Source: an uncultured Pseudomonadota bacterium
GTDB taxonomy: Bacteria; Pseudomonadota; Alphaproteobacteria; Rs-D84; CACZYB01
Assembly: GCA_902785275.1 (NCBI GenBank)
Contig: CACZYB010000004.1
Span: 22,149 to 86,148 of the forward strand
DNA length: 64,000 bases
Reading direction: 5' to 3'
Positions 1-9,233 of this stretch are shown here, piece by piece (the stretch's first letter is position 1; every line of letters starts with the position of its first letter). Under the pieces are notes generated by a model. It saw only the letters and a program-made list of their open reading frames with translations, had not been told where the DNA came from and searched no databases. The translations under genes were made by a program, and so were the position numbers.

Positions 1-429
1 ATGATTAGAAGAAATCGTGATTTTTCAGATTTTTTGGATGTTAGATATTATTTGAATGTAGATTCTGCAAAAAAAATTATTAAGCAAAGGGAAGAGTTTG
101 CAAAAAATGGTTTGCTTGCTGATTATGCTATAACCCAGCTTTTTACAGGAAAAATTTTTGGTGGTATTTGCTTTGTAAATCATGGAGATAAATCTGTGGG
201 GGTTACATATTATCTTGATAGACAATATCGTGGTTTGGGTTTTGTTTCAAAAGCATTGAAAATTGCAGAACCAGAGCTTGCAGAAATTGGGTTTGAAAAG
301 GTTGTTTTGGATATAAATGAAAAAAATTCGAATTCTATTAATGTAGCAAAAAAGAATAACTTTGTTTTCAACGAAACCGGTTATCCAATGAAGAATTTTG
401 TTAAGATAATAAAAGGTTATGAACATTAA
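1..429 (+). CDS. GNAT-family N-acetyltransferase (RimJ/RimL-like); may be 5'-truncated by window edge
   Basis: The 142-aa ORF has the acetyl-CoA binding motif of GNAT fold proteins in 'QYRGLGFVSKAL'. It begins at position 1 of the window, so the true N-terminus is uncertain. Confidence 0.55.
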   Translation: MIRRNRDFSDFLDVRYYLNVDSAKKIIKQREEFAKNGLLADYAITQLFTGKIFGGICFVNHGDKSVGVTYYLDRQYRGLGFVSKALKIAEPELAEIGFEKVVLDINEKNSNSINVAKKNNFVFNETGYPMKNFVKIIKGYEH

Positions 430-500
430 TAAATTTTTTATTTAAGTACTAAAAAAATCCCCATCGAAAGATGAGGATTTTTATTTTTTGTTGGTAAAAA

Positions 501-1049
501 TTAGAAGTGGAATCTTCCCTTCATCATTACAGTATGGATTTTACCTTTTACACCATCTGAACCAAAGTCTTTACCATCAAATGTTGTATCCATATATCTA
601 TATTCGATACCACCAGCAACAGGGATAAGTGGAAGACTTAAATCCAAGCCAAGCATATATTGTGGTCTTACTGCCCAATCAGATTTCATTGTACCAAAAT
701 CACCTGATTCTTTTAATTGAGAGTAAGCAAGTCCCATACCAACGTAAGGTTTTACGATTGGAAGAAGTGGAAGACCAACGTATGCATTTGCAGCGGCACC
801 TTGGATTTTTGTGTTTATAGAATCTTTTTCACTTTTTAAATTGAAGATTTCAACTTCACCACGTATTGGAATAAGTGGTAGAGGAATGCTCATACCTGTA
901 TAAACACTGAAAGCAGCGTCTTTATCAAATGATGTACCATCAATTTTTGCCTTTGATGAACCAACACCAGCACCAACATAAAATGCGTTTGCGTTTGCAG
1001 AAGCTAAAATAAGACCTGCTAAACTTAATGACAATAATTTTTTATTCAT
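501..1049 (-). CDS. small outer-membrane beta-barrel protein (OmpW/OmpX/opacity-like, 8-strand class), paralog 1
   Basis: It has an N-terminal signal peptide (MNKKLLSLSLAGLILASANA). Alternating hydrophobic beta-strand patterns and a C-terminal aromatic (…GRFHF) are typical of OMP beta-barrels. It is paralogous to the next gene. Confidence 0.6.
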   Translation of the reverse strand: MNKKLLSLSLAGLILASANANAFYVGAGVGSSKAKIDGTSFDKDAAFSVYTGMSIPLPLIPIRGEVEIFNLKSEKDSINTKIQGAAANAYVGLPLLPIVKPYVGMGLAYSQLKESGDFGTMKSDWAVRPQYMLGLDLSLPLIPVAGGIEYRYMDTTFDGKDFGSDGVKGKIHTVMMKGRFHF

Positions 1050-1162
1050 AATATATCTCCTTTTATTTAGGTTATAGAGACTATCTCTATACCCCTAATT
1101 ATAGGAGAAAAATGAAATATAGTCAATAAATAAGATTTTTTACTTAATTTCGTATTTTTTAT

Positions 1163-1714
1163 TTAGAATTTAAGTCTGGCTTTTAATAAGAATATGTGAT
1201 ATTTCGAAGTTTCTTTTTCATTATCGAATTCAAAATTTGTATTAATGTATCGGTATTCCATACTGCCGGCGAAGATAACTGTGGGAAGATCTAAATCTAA
1301 ACCTATGATATATTCTGGTACGATTTTTCCATCGGATTTTTTGGGTAAGTTTTCTTCGTTTGAGTTATTCTTTTCTTTTAGGTATGCAAGTCCAAAACCA
1401 ACATATGGAACAAGTATTGGAAGGAGTGGTAAATTTACGTAAGTGTTTATGCCGGCACCGTATGTGTTGACGTCAAAATTATTTTTTTTACTGTTAAATT
1501 TTTGGTATTCGGCTTCTATCCTTAGTGGAAAAAGAGGAATATAAAATGAAGAGCCTAAAGAAAAGGTAAATGCTCGTTTATCATCAAGGCTTTGGTTATC
1601 AAGTTTTACTTTTGATTTGCCAAGACCGACACCACTGTAAAATGTGGTAGCCTGTGATTTATTTGATAAAATAAGTATCGTTGTAGAGATTATTAAACAT
1701 AAAATCTTCTTCAT
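1163..1714 (-). CDS. small outer-membrane beta-barrel protein, paralog 2 (tandem duplicate)
   Basis: It has a signal peptide and a C-terminal …ARLKF. It shares conserved blocks with the 501-1049 product (FY.G.G.G.SK, LPLLPI.PYVG.GLAY, GLDL.LP, EYRY..T.F). Confidence 0.6.
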   Translation of the reverse strand: MKKILCLIISTTILILSNKSQATTFYSGVGLGKSKVKLDNQSLDDKRAFTFSLGSSFYIPLFPLRIEAEYQKFNSKKNNFDVNTYGAGINTYVNLPLLPILVPYVGFGLAYLKEKNNSNEENLPKKSDGKIVPEYIIGLDLDLPTVIFAGSMEYRYINTNFEFDNEKETSKYHIFLLKARLKF

Positions 1715-1785
1715 TTATATACCTCCGTTATTCCACTGTAAAATATATAAACAAAGAATAAAGGTTTATCAATAATACAATATTC

Positions 1786-2160
1786 CTAGAAACCCCAGGC
1801 GTTTTTTATGTGTATGAATCGATAGTGTTCATCAAAACAGATTGCGTCGAATCTGCAATTATAACTTTGATATTTTTTATTGTGTGAAAGAAAAATTTCA
1901 GCCGAGTGATAGATGCGATTTTGTTGTTTTTTGAAAATTGCTTCTTTTGCGATATCAATAGTTTTTCGTTTTTTTACTTCGATAAAAACAATAGTATGCA
2001 AACGTTTTGCAATTATGTCAATTTCACCGGCTGATGTTCCACGGGTTGCACTATAACGGGATGAAACAATACTGTATCCTTTTAACCTAAGGTACAATTT
2101 GGAAATTGTCTCGGCAAATTTTCCCGAATAATAGTTATTTTTTAGGTTTAGCAGTTGCAA
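1786..2160 (-). CDS. yraN: YraN-family (UPF0102) putative endonuclease
   Basis: The product shows GEIDIIA…VFIEVKKR, the hallmark of the YraN/UPF0102 family. It is about 120 aa. Confidence 0.75.
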   Translation of the reverse strand: MQLLNLKNNYYSGKFAETISKLYLRLKGYSIVSSRYSATRGTSAGEIDIIAKRLHTIVFIEVKKRKTIDIAKEAIFKKQQNRIYHSAEIFLSHNKKYQSYNCRFDAICFDEHYRFIHIKNAWGF

Positions 2161-2920
2161 CCATTGCCTCTCGTATTACTTTGTCGCCAAGTTTCCAACC
2201 AGATTGGAATTCTTGAATAATAGATTCAGGTTCAGCATCGGATTCAATTTGTGAAACAACACGATGTTCTGATGGATTAAACTTTTTACCGATTGTTTCT
2301 ATCTTTGTAATGCCATTTCTTTTTAGTGATGATTCAAAGTTTGACATAACAGCTTTTAGTCCGGTAAGAACGTTTTCATCAACAGAATCCTTTATTGATG
2401 CGATTGCCAATGAAAGATTATCGAATAGAGGAAGCATATCACGTGCGAAATTTGAAACTTTGTAATCTACAAGATTTTTTGCATCAAGTTCGGCACGACG
2501 TTTTGAATTTTCTGCATCGGCGTATGCACGAAGATATTTATTTTGCCATTCTTCAAGTTGTGCAGTTAAATTTTGGATTTTATCAGTTTCTTTTTCACAA
2601 CTTGGCTTATTTGAACAACAATGTTCTTTGTCGTTGTGACAGTGGCAAGTATTTTCAGAATTCTGGCAACAACATTTCTTTTCATCACCGTGGCAGTGGC
2701 ATTCTTTGCCTTCGTGATTTGAACAGCAACCATTTTCACTATTTTTACAGCAACATTTTTTTTCGCCGTTTTGGCAGTGGCATTTATCATCTTTGTCGTT
2801 GCAATGGCAACCACCTTCTGATTGACAGTGACATTTGCATTCACCATTGTTGCAATGACAATTTGTTTCATTTTCGTTGTTATTATAGTATTTTTTGTTA
2901 TCGCAATCTTTTTTTGACAT
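2135..2920 (-). CDS. grpE: GrpE nucleotide exchange factor with ~110-aa N-terminal Cys/His-rich (metallothionein-like) extension
   Basis: The C-terminal 150 aa match GrpE (…LEEWQNKYLRAYADAENSKRRAE…, C-terminal beta-domain). The N-terminal 110 aa contain about 30 Cys and about 12 His in CxC/CC/CCC/HCHC spacings. There is a single ATG and no internal stop. Confidence 0.8.
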   Translation of the reverse strand: MSKKDCDNKKYYNNNENETNCHCNNGECKCHCQSEGGCHCNDKDDKCHCQNGEKKCCCKNSENGCCSNHEGKECHCHGDEKKCCCQNSENTCHCHNDKEHCCSNKPSCEKETDKIQNLTAQLEEWQNKYLRAYADAENSKRRAELDAKNLVDYKVSNFARDMLPLFDNLSLAIASIKDSVDENVLTGLKAVMSNFESSLKRNGITKIETIGKKFNPSEHRVVSQIESDAEPESIIQEFQSGWKLGDKVIREAMVATAKPKK

Positions 2921-3055
2921 ATTTAATCCCTTTTTTAATTAAATGTTATTTACAATATATAGATAGTCTTAAAATCTATTTTTTTCAAGAGTTAAAAAAT
3001 GCTTTTCAAATATCTTAAAGTTTGATATAATTTTATTATATGAGAGGATTAAAAT

Positions 3056-3904
3056 ATGACTGCAAAATTGATTGATGGAAAAAAACTTGCTGAAAAGGTT
3101 AGGCAAAGGCTTAAAATCGTAGTGAAATCTTTGAAAAAGAAGCCAAAGTTGGTGGTGGTTTTGGTTGGGGATAATCCAGCATCTCAGATTTATGTGAAAA
3201 ATAAGCAAAAATATGCATTAGAGGTTGGTATAGAATCTGATGTTATAAGATTGGATAAAACAGTTGAAGAAAAAAAACTTTTGAAGATTATCAAAAAGCT
3301 TAACAAGGATAAAAAGGTTAATGGTATTTTGGTTCAACTTCCTTTGCTATCACACATAAATGAATTTGATGTGATAAATGCAATCAGTCCACAGAAAGAT
3401 GTTGATGGTTTTTCTGTTTATAATAAGGGGCTTTTATCTATTGGAAAAGATGCTTTGGTACCTTGTACTCCACTTGGAATTATGGAGATGTTTAAAGAGT
3501 ATAAAATAAATCTTAAAGGAAAATTGGCAGTTGTAGTTGGTAGATCAAATATTGTTGGTAAACCTATGGCACAACTTCTTTTGAATAATGATGCAACAGT
3601 TATTCAGTGTCATTCAAAGACAAAGAATCTTTCGGATATTACTTCAAAGGCGGATATTTTGATTTCTGCAGTTGGAAAGAAAAACCTTATTACCGAAAAA
3701 TATGTTAAGGATGGCGCCATTGTTATTGATGTTGCTATGATACGTGATGAAAAAAATAAAAAGTGGCTTGGCGATGTTAATTTTGAAAAAGTTTCAAAAA
3801 AGGCAAGCTTTATTACTCCGGTTCCTGGTGGAGTTGGACCTATGACTATTGCAATGCTTTTGCAAAATACAATAACTGCGTATAAGGAACAGAATAAAAA
3901 ATAA
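3056..3904 (+). CDS. folD: bifunctional methylenetetrahydrofolate dehydrogenase/cyclohydrolase FolD
   Basis: It aligns full-length with FolD (VGDNPASQIYV, PGGVGPMT) and is 282 aa. Confidence 0.9.
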   Translation: MTAKLIDGKKLAEKVRQRLKIVVKSLKKKPKLVVVLVGDNPASQIYVKNKQKYALEVGIESDVIRLDKTVEEKKLLKIIKKLNKDKKVNGILVQLPLLSHINEFDVINAISPQKDVDGFSVYNKGLLSIGKDALVPCTPLGIMEMFKEYKINLKGKLAVVVGRSNIVGKPMAQLLLNNDATVIQCHSKTKNLSDITSKADILISAVGKKNLITEKYVKDGAIVIDVAMIRDEKNKKWLGDVNFEKVSKKASFITPVPGGVGPMTIAMLLQNTITAYKEQNKK

Positions 3905-5760
3905 TGAAGTCACAACGTTTTAAATATAATCTTTCAAGCGGAAGTAAGGCCTATCATTGTGGTCCTGCTTACTATGGTAAATTGAAAGGTCTAAAGTACA
4001 GAAATGACTTTTGGAAAAAAGCGTTGTATTACCTTTTAATTATTGGTATTTGGGGTGGAATTTTTTTATCTGTTTTGTTTACTTATTTGGCTTTGACATT
4101 ACCAAACATTGATAATGTTATGAATCAGACAAGATCACCAAGTATTGTTATACTTGATAGAAGTAATGAAAAAATTGCGTCTATTAATGATTTGTATGGT
4201 GATACTGTAGAAGTTGAAAACTTACCAAAACATGTTTGGCAGGCGGTTGTTGCAACAGAAGATAGAAGATTTTTCGATCATTGGGGTGTTGATGTTAAGG
4301 GACTTTTTAGGGCGTTTTATAATAATATAAAGGCAAATAGAACTGCACAGGGTGGAAGTACCATTACACAACAGTTGGCAAAGAATGTTTTTCTTTCGAA
4401 AGAGCGTTCGATAAAAAGAAAAATTCAAGAGGTTATGTTGACCATTTGGCTTGAAAATAAATTTACAAAGAATCATATTTTATCGCTTTATTTGAACAGA
4501 GTTTCTTTGGTTGGTGGAAAGTATGGTATTTCTATTGCTGCGGAAACAATTTTTGGAAAGTCAGTTTATGATTTGAATGTTGCAGAGGCGGCAATATTAG
4601 CTGGTATGTTAAAGGCGCCATCAAAACTTAATCCAATGAAAAATTTGGATGCGTCTCTTAATCGTATGAGAGTTGTTTTGAGATTAATGTGTGAGCAGGG
4701 GTATATTACAAAAGATGAATATGAAACTTTTTCAAATTATCAATACCAGAAAAAGACATTAACTTCTAATCAGACAAGGTATTTTATTGATTATACTATG
4801 GATAGCTTTAATTCACTTATTGGTGGAATAAATTCTGATGTGATTATTTATACAACTCTTGATAACAAGGTCCAGAAAACAGCAGAAAATGTCGTGAAAA
4901 GCTATCTTAATAACGAAGGTGAAAAGTATAAGTTTTCGCAGGTAGCAACTCTTGTTTTAAACAATAGTGGTGAAATTTTAAGTATGGTTGGAGGAAGTGA
5001 TTATACTCAAAGTCAGTTTAACAGAGCTACTCAAATGAAACGTCAGCCAGGGTCTATATTCAAGCCGTTTGTTTATCTTGCTGGGGTGGAATATGGTTTG
5101 AAACCACAGGATGAATTTGAAGATAAAATTACATCTATTGCTGATTGGGCACCAAAGAATCATGATGATAAGTATTTGGGAACTGTTACTATGGCGGTGG
5201 CTTTGGAAAAATCACTTAATACTGTGCCAGTTCAAATTGCAAAGATTATTGGACTCCCAAATATTATAAAAACTGCACATAAACTTGGGCTGGTAGATAA
5301 GTTGAATAATGATTATTCCATAATACTTGGGACATCGGAAACAACACTTTTGGATTTGGTTTCTGCGTATGCAACTTTTGCCAATAAGGGCTATGGTGTT
5401 ATTCCTCATTCAATACGAAAGATTACAACTTCGACAGGGGATGTTATTTATGAAAGAAGTGGAAGTGGTGTTGGAAAACTTATTTCTGAAGAAAATGTTG
5501 AAACTATGAATTCAATGCTTAGAAATGTTATTGAAGGTGGTACCGGTGCGAATGCAAATATTGCAGGTGAGATGCTTTTTGGAAAAACAGGAACCAGCCA
5601 AAATAACAGGGATGCTTGGTTTATTGGGTATACTCCTAAATATATTGCAGGGGTTTGGATTGGAAATGATGATAATTCTCCTATGACAAATAGTAGTTAT
5701 GGTGGAACAATACCGGCAAAAATTTTTAAAACGTTGATGACCTATGTAATTGTTCATTAA
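3904..5760 (+). CDS. class A penicillin-binding protein (glycosyltransferase GT51 + transpeptidase), PBP1A-like
   Basis: GT51 motifs are present (EDRRFFDHWGVD, GGSTITQQLAKN). Transpeptidase motifs are present: SxxK (SIFKP), SxN (SLN) and KTG (KTGT). It has an N-terminal membrane anchor and its start overlaps the folD stop (TAATG). Confidence 0.8.
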   Translation: MKSQRFKYNLSSGSKAYHCGPAYYGKLKGLKYRNDFWKKALYYLLIIGIWGGIFLSVLFTYLALTLPNIDNVMNQTRSPSIVILDRSNEKIASINDLYGDTVEVENLPKHVWQAVVATEDRRFFDHWGVDVKGLFRAFYNNIKANRTAQGGSTITQQLAKNVFLSKERSIKRKIQEVMLTIWLENKFTKNHILSLYLNRVSLVGGKYGISIAAETIFGKSVYDLNVAEAAILAGMLKAPSKLNPMKNLDASLNRMRVVLRLMCEQGYITKDEYETFSNYQYQKKTLTSNQTRYFIDYTMDSFNSLIGGINSDVIIYTTLDNKVQKTAENVVKSYLNNEGEKYKFSQVATLVLNNSGEILSMVGGSDYTQSQFNRATQMKRQPGSIFKPFVYLAGVEYGLKPQDEFEDKITSIADWAPKNHDDKYLGTVTMAVALEKSLNTVPVQIAKIIGLPNIIKTAHKLGLVDKLNNDYSIILGTSETTLLDLVSAYATFANKGYGVIPHSIRKITTSTGDVIYERSGSGVGKLISEENVETMNSMLRNVIEGGTGANANIAGEMLFGKTGTSQNNRDAWFIGYTPKYIAGVWIGNDDNSPMTNSSYGGTIPAKIFKTLMTYVIVH

Positions 5761-5833
5761 ACCTTAATTTTTCCCTTGTTTTTTTATTTTGGAAGTCTAT
5801 AATATATATATTCTAACAATGAAAGGTACTAAA

Positions 5834-7756
5834 ATGGTTAAAATTACATTTCCAGATGGAAAGAATAGAGATTTTGATAATGGTGTTTCCGGTCTTGATA
5901 TCGCAAACTCTATTTCAACATCTCTTGCAAAATCGGCTTTGGTTATAAAATTTAATGATGATTATTTGGATTTAAATACAACAATTACCACTGATGGAAC
6001 TGTAAGCATTGTTACCTCAAAGGACAAGGAAGCTTTACCTTTCTTAAGACATACTTGTGCACATGTTATGGCTCAGGCAATAAAAAGACTTTACCCAAGT
6101 GCAAAGTTGGCTATTGGTCCATCTATTGAAAATGGATTTTATTATGATATTGATTGTGAAACAAAAATTACTGCCGAAGATTTTTCAAAAATTGAAAAAG
6201 AAATGGCAAAGATTGTTTCTGAAAATCATGCTATTGAAAGAAAAAATTTATCAACTGCTGATGCAAAGAAATTCTTTTTGCAAAATGGCGAAAGCTATAA
6301 AGTTGAGCTTATTGATGATTTGGAAAAAAATGGGGTTAGTGAAGTAAGCTTGTATACTCAAGGTGAATTTACTGATCTTTGCCGTGGTCCACATCTTCCA
6401 TCAACATCAAAGGTTGGTGTTGATACATTCAAATTGACTTCTGTTGCTGGTGCATACTGGAGAGGTGATGTTAAAAACAAGATGCTTCAAAGAGTTTATG
6501 CAACTGCTTGGGCAACTAAAGCTGATTTGGAAGCATATATTAAAATTCAGGAAGAAGCAGAAAAACGTGATCACAGAAAGATTGGTGTTGCAATGGATTT
6601 GTTCCATTTCGAACCTGACTATGCTCCTGGTTCTGTTTTCTGGCATCCAAAAGGATGGACCCTTTTCCAAAAACTTATTTCTTATATGAGAAAGAAACAA
6701 GCAGATAATGGTTATATCGAAGTTTCAACACCAACAATTATGAATCGTTGCCTTTGGGAAACTTCTGGTCATTGGGATAAATATAAACACAATATGTATA
6801 CTGCAACTGTTCAAGATGAAGATACAGAATTTGCTGTAAAACCTATGAATTGTCCTGGTGGTGTTTTGATTTATAAACAAGGTATTCGTAGTTATCGTGA
6901 TTTGCCTATTCGTATGGCAGAGTTTGGTAAGGTGGATAGATATGAAGCTTCTGGTGCTTTGCATGGACTTCTTCGTGTGCGTGAATTTACACAAGATGAT
7001 GCTCATATTTTCTGTACTACTGAACAGATGGAAGAAGAATGTATCAGAGTTATAAAACTTATTATGGAAATATATAAGGAGTTTGGCTTTGGTAATGTTA
7101 GAATTAAACTTTCGACACGTCCAGAAAAGAGAATCGGTTCTGATGAAGTTTGGGATATGACAGAAAAAGCATTGGCAAATTCTTTGGAACATCATGGATA
7201 TGAATATACAATCTTCCCTGGTGAAGGTGCATTCTATGGTCCAAAGTTAGAATTCGTTCTTCGCGATGCGATTGGTCGTGACTGGCAATGTGGTACATTG
7301 CAGGTTGATATGAATCTTCCTGAACGTTTTGATATAAGTTATGTTGGTCAAGATGGTGAAAAGCATAGACCTATTATGCTTCATCGTGCTCTTTTCGGAA
7401 GTTTGGAAAGATTTACTGGTATTTTGATTGAAAACTTTGCTGGTCATCTTCCACTTTGGCTTTCACCGGTTCAAGTTGCTATTGCAACTGTTTCGGAAAG
7501 TACAGTTCCTTATGCCGAAAAGGTTAATAAAGCTTTGAAGGATATGGGTATAAGTACAATTCTTGATATAAGCAAGGAAAAGATTAGTTATAAAGTTCGT
7601 CAACATTCAACTTCAAAGGTTCCAGTTATTGCTGTTATCGGTGAGAAAGAATCTGAGACTGAATCTGTTACAATCCGCCGTATTGGTAGTGATAAACAGG
7701 AGACTTTGAGTTTAGCTGATTTTATTAACTTATTGAAAATAGAAGCAAAAATATAG
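5834..7756 (+). CDS. thrS: threonyl-tRNA synthetase
   Basis: It aligns full-length with class II ThrS (TGS domain N-terminus MVKITFPDG, catalytic core, anticodon-binding domain). The start was chosen at the ATG with an AAAGG RBS. The ORF track extends to 5789. Confidence 0.9.
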   Translation: MVKITFPDGKNRDFDNGVSGLDIANSISTSLAKSALVIKFNDDYLDLNTTITTDGTVSIVTSKDKEALPFLRHTCAHVMAQAIKRLYPSAKLAIGPSIENGFYYDIDCETKITAEDFSKIEKEMAKIVSENHAIERKNLSTADAKKFFLQNGESYKVELIDDLEKNGVSEVSLYTQGEFTDLCRGPHLPSTSKVGVDTFKLTSVAGAYWRGDVKNKMLQRVYATAWATKADLEAYIKIQEEAEKRDHRKIGVAMDLFHFEPDYAPGSVFWHPKGWTLFQKLISYMRKKQADNGYIEVSTPTIMNRCLWETSGHWDKYKHNMYTATVQDEDTEFAVKPMNCPGGVLIYKQGIRSYRDLPIRMAEFGKVDRYEASGALHGLLRVREFTQDDAHIFCTTEQMEEECIRVIKLIMEIYKEFGFGNVRIKLSTRPEKRIGSDEVWDMTEKALANSLEHHGYEYTIFPGEGAFYGPKLEFVLRDAIGRDWQCGTLQVDMNLPERFDISYVGQDGEKHRPIMLHRALFGSLERFTGILIENFAGHLPLWLSPVQVAIATVSESTVPYAEKVNKALKDMGISTILDISKEKISYKVRQHSTSKVPVIAVIGEKESETESVTIRRIGSDKQETLSLADFINLLKIEAKI

Positions 7757-7833
7757 TTTTAAAAAAAGACTTGTTTTTTGTCATCTGTTGTGAGATAATG
7801 AAAAAGTTCATAAACAAACGAAAGGATATGAAA

Positions 7834-8331
7834 ATGAAAAATACATTAAAAACATTGGCATCTGTTGCTTTGGTTGCTGCTTTGGCTGCTTGTTCAAATG
7901 AAGCTCCTGAATCAGAATTTGTTGATGATGGTTCAGAAGTAACAATCTCTTCAGAAGTTAAAGGCGTTGTTGCTGGTTCTCAAGAAGATTTGAACGCACG
8001 TGCAGGAAATGCTGTATACTTTGCATATGACAAATCATCTTTGTCAGCAGAAGCTACAAAAACTTTGAAAAAACAAGCTGCATGGTTGAAAATGTTCCCA
8101 AATGTTAACATCATCATCGAAGGAAACTGTGATGAACGTGGTACAAGAAAATATAACCAAGCTCTTGGTGAAAAACGTGCTAACGCTGCAAAAAGATACT
8201 TGATCGCTCAAGGTATTTCTGCAAAACGTATTACAACAGTTTCATACGGTAAAGATAAGCCAGCTGTTCTTGGTAACACAGAAGAAGCTTATGCTAAAAA
8301 CCGTCGTGATGTAACAATTATTGCAAAATAA
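7834..8331 (+). CDS. pal: peptidoglycan-associated lipoprotein Pal (OmpA-family)
   Basis: It has a lipobox (LAAC) after a signal peptide and a C-terminal OmpA-like peptidoglycan-binding domain (NIIIEGNCDERGT…YNQALGEKRA). The start was placed at the ATG 8 nt after AAAGGA. Confidence 0.8.
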   Translation: MKNTLKTLASVALVAALAACSNEAPESEFVDDGSEVTISSEVKGVVAGSQEDLNARAGNAVYFAYDKSSLSAEATKTLKKQAAWLKMFPNVNIIIEGNCDERGTRKYNQALGEKRANAAKRYLIAQGISAKRITTVSYGKDKPAVLGNTEEAYAKNRRDVTIIAK

Positions 8332-8350
8332 TTTAACATTACTGAGATTG

Positions 8351-8383
8351 AAAACCTCCCTACTTTTATGGGAGGTTTTTTGT
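8351..8383 (+). terminator. rho-independent terminator after pal
   Basis: The hairpin AACCTCCC…GGGAGGTT is followed by a T-run. Confidence 0.5.
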
Positions 8384-8441
8384 TGCCTTTATCATTTTTT
8401 TGTTTTAGTATATACTCCGTATAAAGAGGGAGATTTAAAAA

Positions 8442-9233
8442 ATGAAAAGTATTATGAAATTATTTGTTTGTTTGATGCTTTGTTTTTCAAGTAGTGTTTG
8501 GGCTCAAAATATGTCTGGGCGTGGCAGTATTGATGCATTGGAAAGTATCAATTTAAGTTTGGATAGAATTGAAAATGCGATTACTTCACTTACTTCTCAA
8601 AATGAACAAAATGCCTATAATCAAAAGAATACAAAGGCAGAAATGGATGTTGTTTTGAAAGACTTAAAACTTCAGATAAAAGAAGTTAAGGATGAACAAG
8701 AAAAAATTTCAAAAGATGTTTATTCACAAAAAATTGAAATAGAAAATCTTAAAAATATTGTTGCAATGTTACAGGAAAAATTATTTTCTGTGGAAAAGAA
8801 AACACCAGAAATTGAAAAGAAATCTTTTGTAGATGAAAAGTCAAAAGTTGAAGAAAAAGCTTCTAAAAATCCGACTGATTTGTTTGTTGGTGGAAATAAA
8901 GAAGAAAAGGCAAAAAAGCCTTCTGATGATGAAAGTTTTATGGTTGCAATGGATAATTTTGAAAAGAAAAATTTTACAGATGCAGCGATTAATTTTGCAG
9001 CTAATTTAAAGAATTTTCCAGAAGGAAAAAATTTTTACAAAAATCTTTTATTCCTTGGCCGTTCTATGAAACAATTGGATAATAAAAACGGTGCATGTAC
9101 TGCATTTGCAAAGATTGTAAATTCAACTGAGGATATTGATAAAGAATTAAAGGTTGGGGCTGTGAAGGATTTTGAAAAACTTGGCTGTAATCCAAATAAA
9201 GCGGAAGAAGTGAAAAATAATGCAATTAAATAA
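8442..9233 (+). CDS. ybgF: Tol-Pal system protein YbgF/CpoB-like (signal peptide, coiled coil, C-terminal TPR-like region)
   Basis: It sits immediately downstream of pal. It has a signal peptide, an N-terminal coiled coil and a C-terminal TPR-like segment, the domain order of CpoB. Confidence 0.55.
   Translation: MKSIMKLFVCLMLCFSSSVWAQNMSGRGSIDALESINLSLDRIENAITSLTSQNEQNAYNQKNTKAEMDVVLKDLKLQIKEVKDEQEKISKDVYSQKIEIENLKNIVAMLQEKLFSVEKKTPEIEKKSFVDEKSKVEEKASKNPTDLFVGGNKEEKAKKPSDDESFMVAMDNFEKKNFTDAAINFAANLKNFPEGKNFYKNLLFLGRSMKQLDNKNGACTAFAKIVNSTEDIDKELKVGAVKDFEKLGCNPNKAEEVKNNAIK

Noticed and set aside
2395-3018. 207-aa ORF on plus strand (and 101-aa ORF 2566-2871 minus) overlapping grpE
   Set aside because: It is antisense to or out of frame with a well-supported grpE. 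Its product is a low-complexity mirror of the Cys/His repeat, and there is no RBS.
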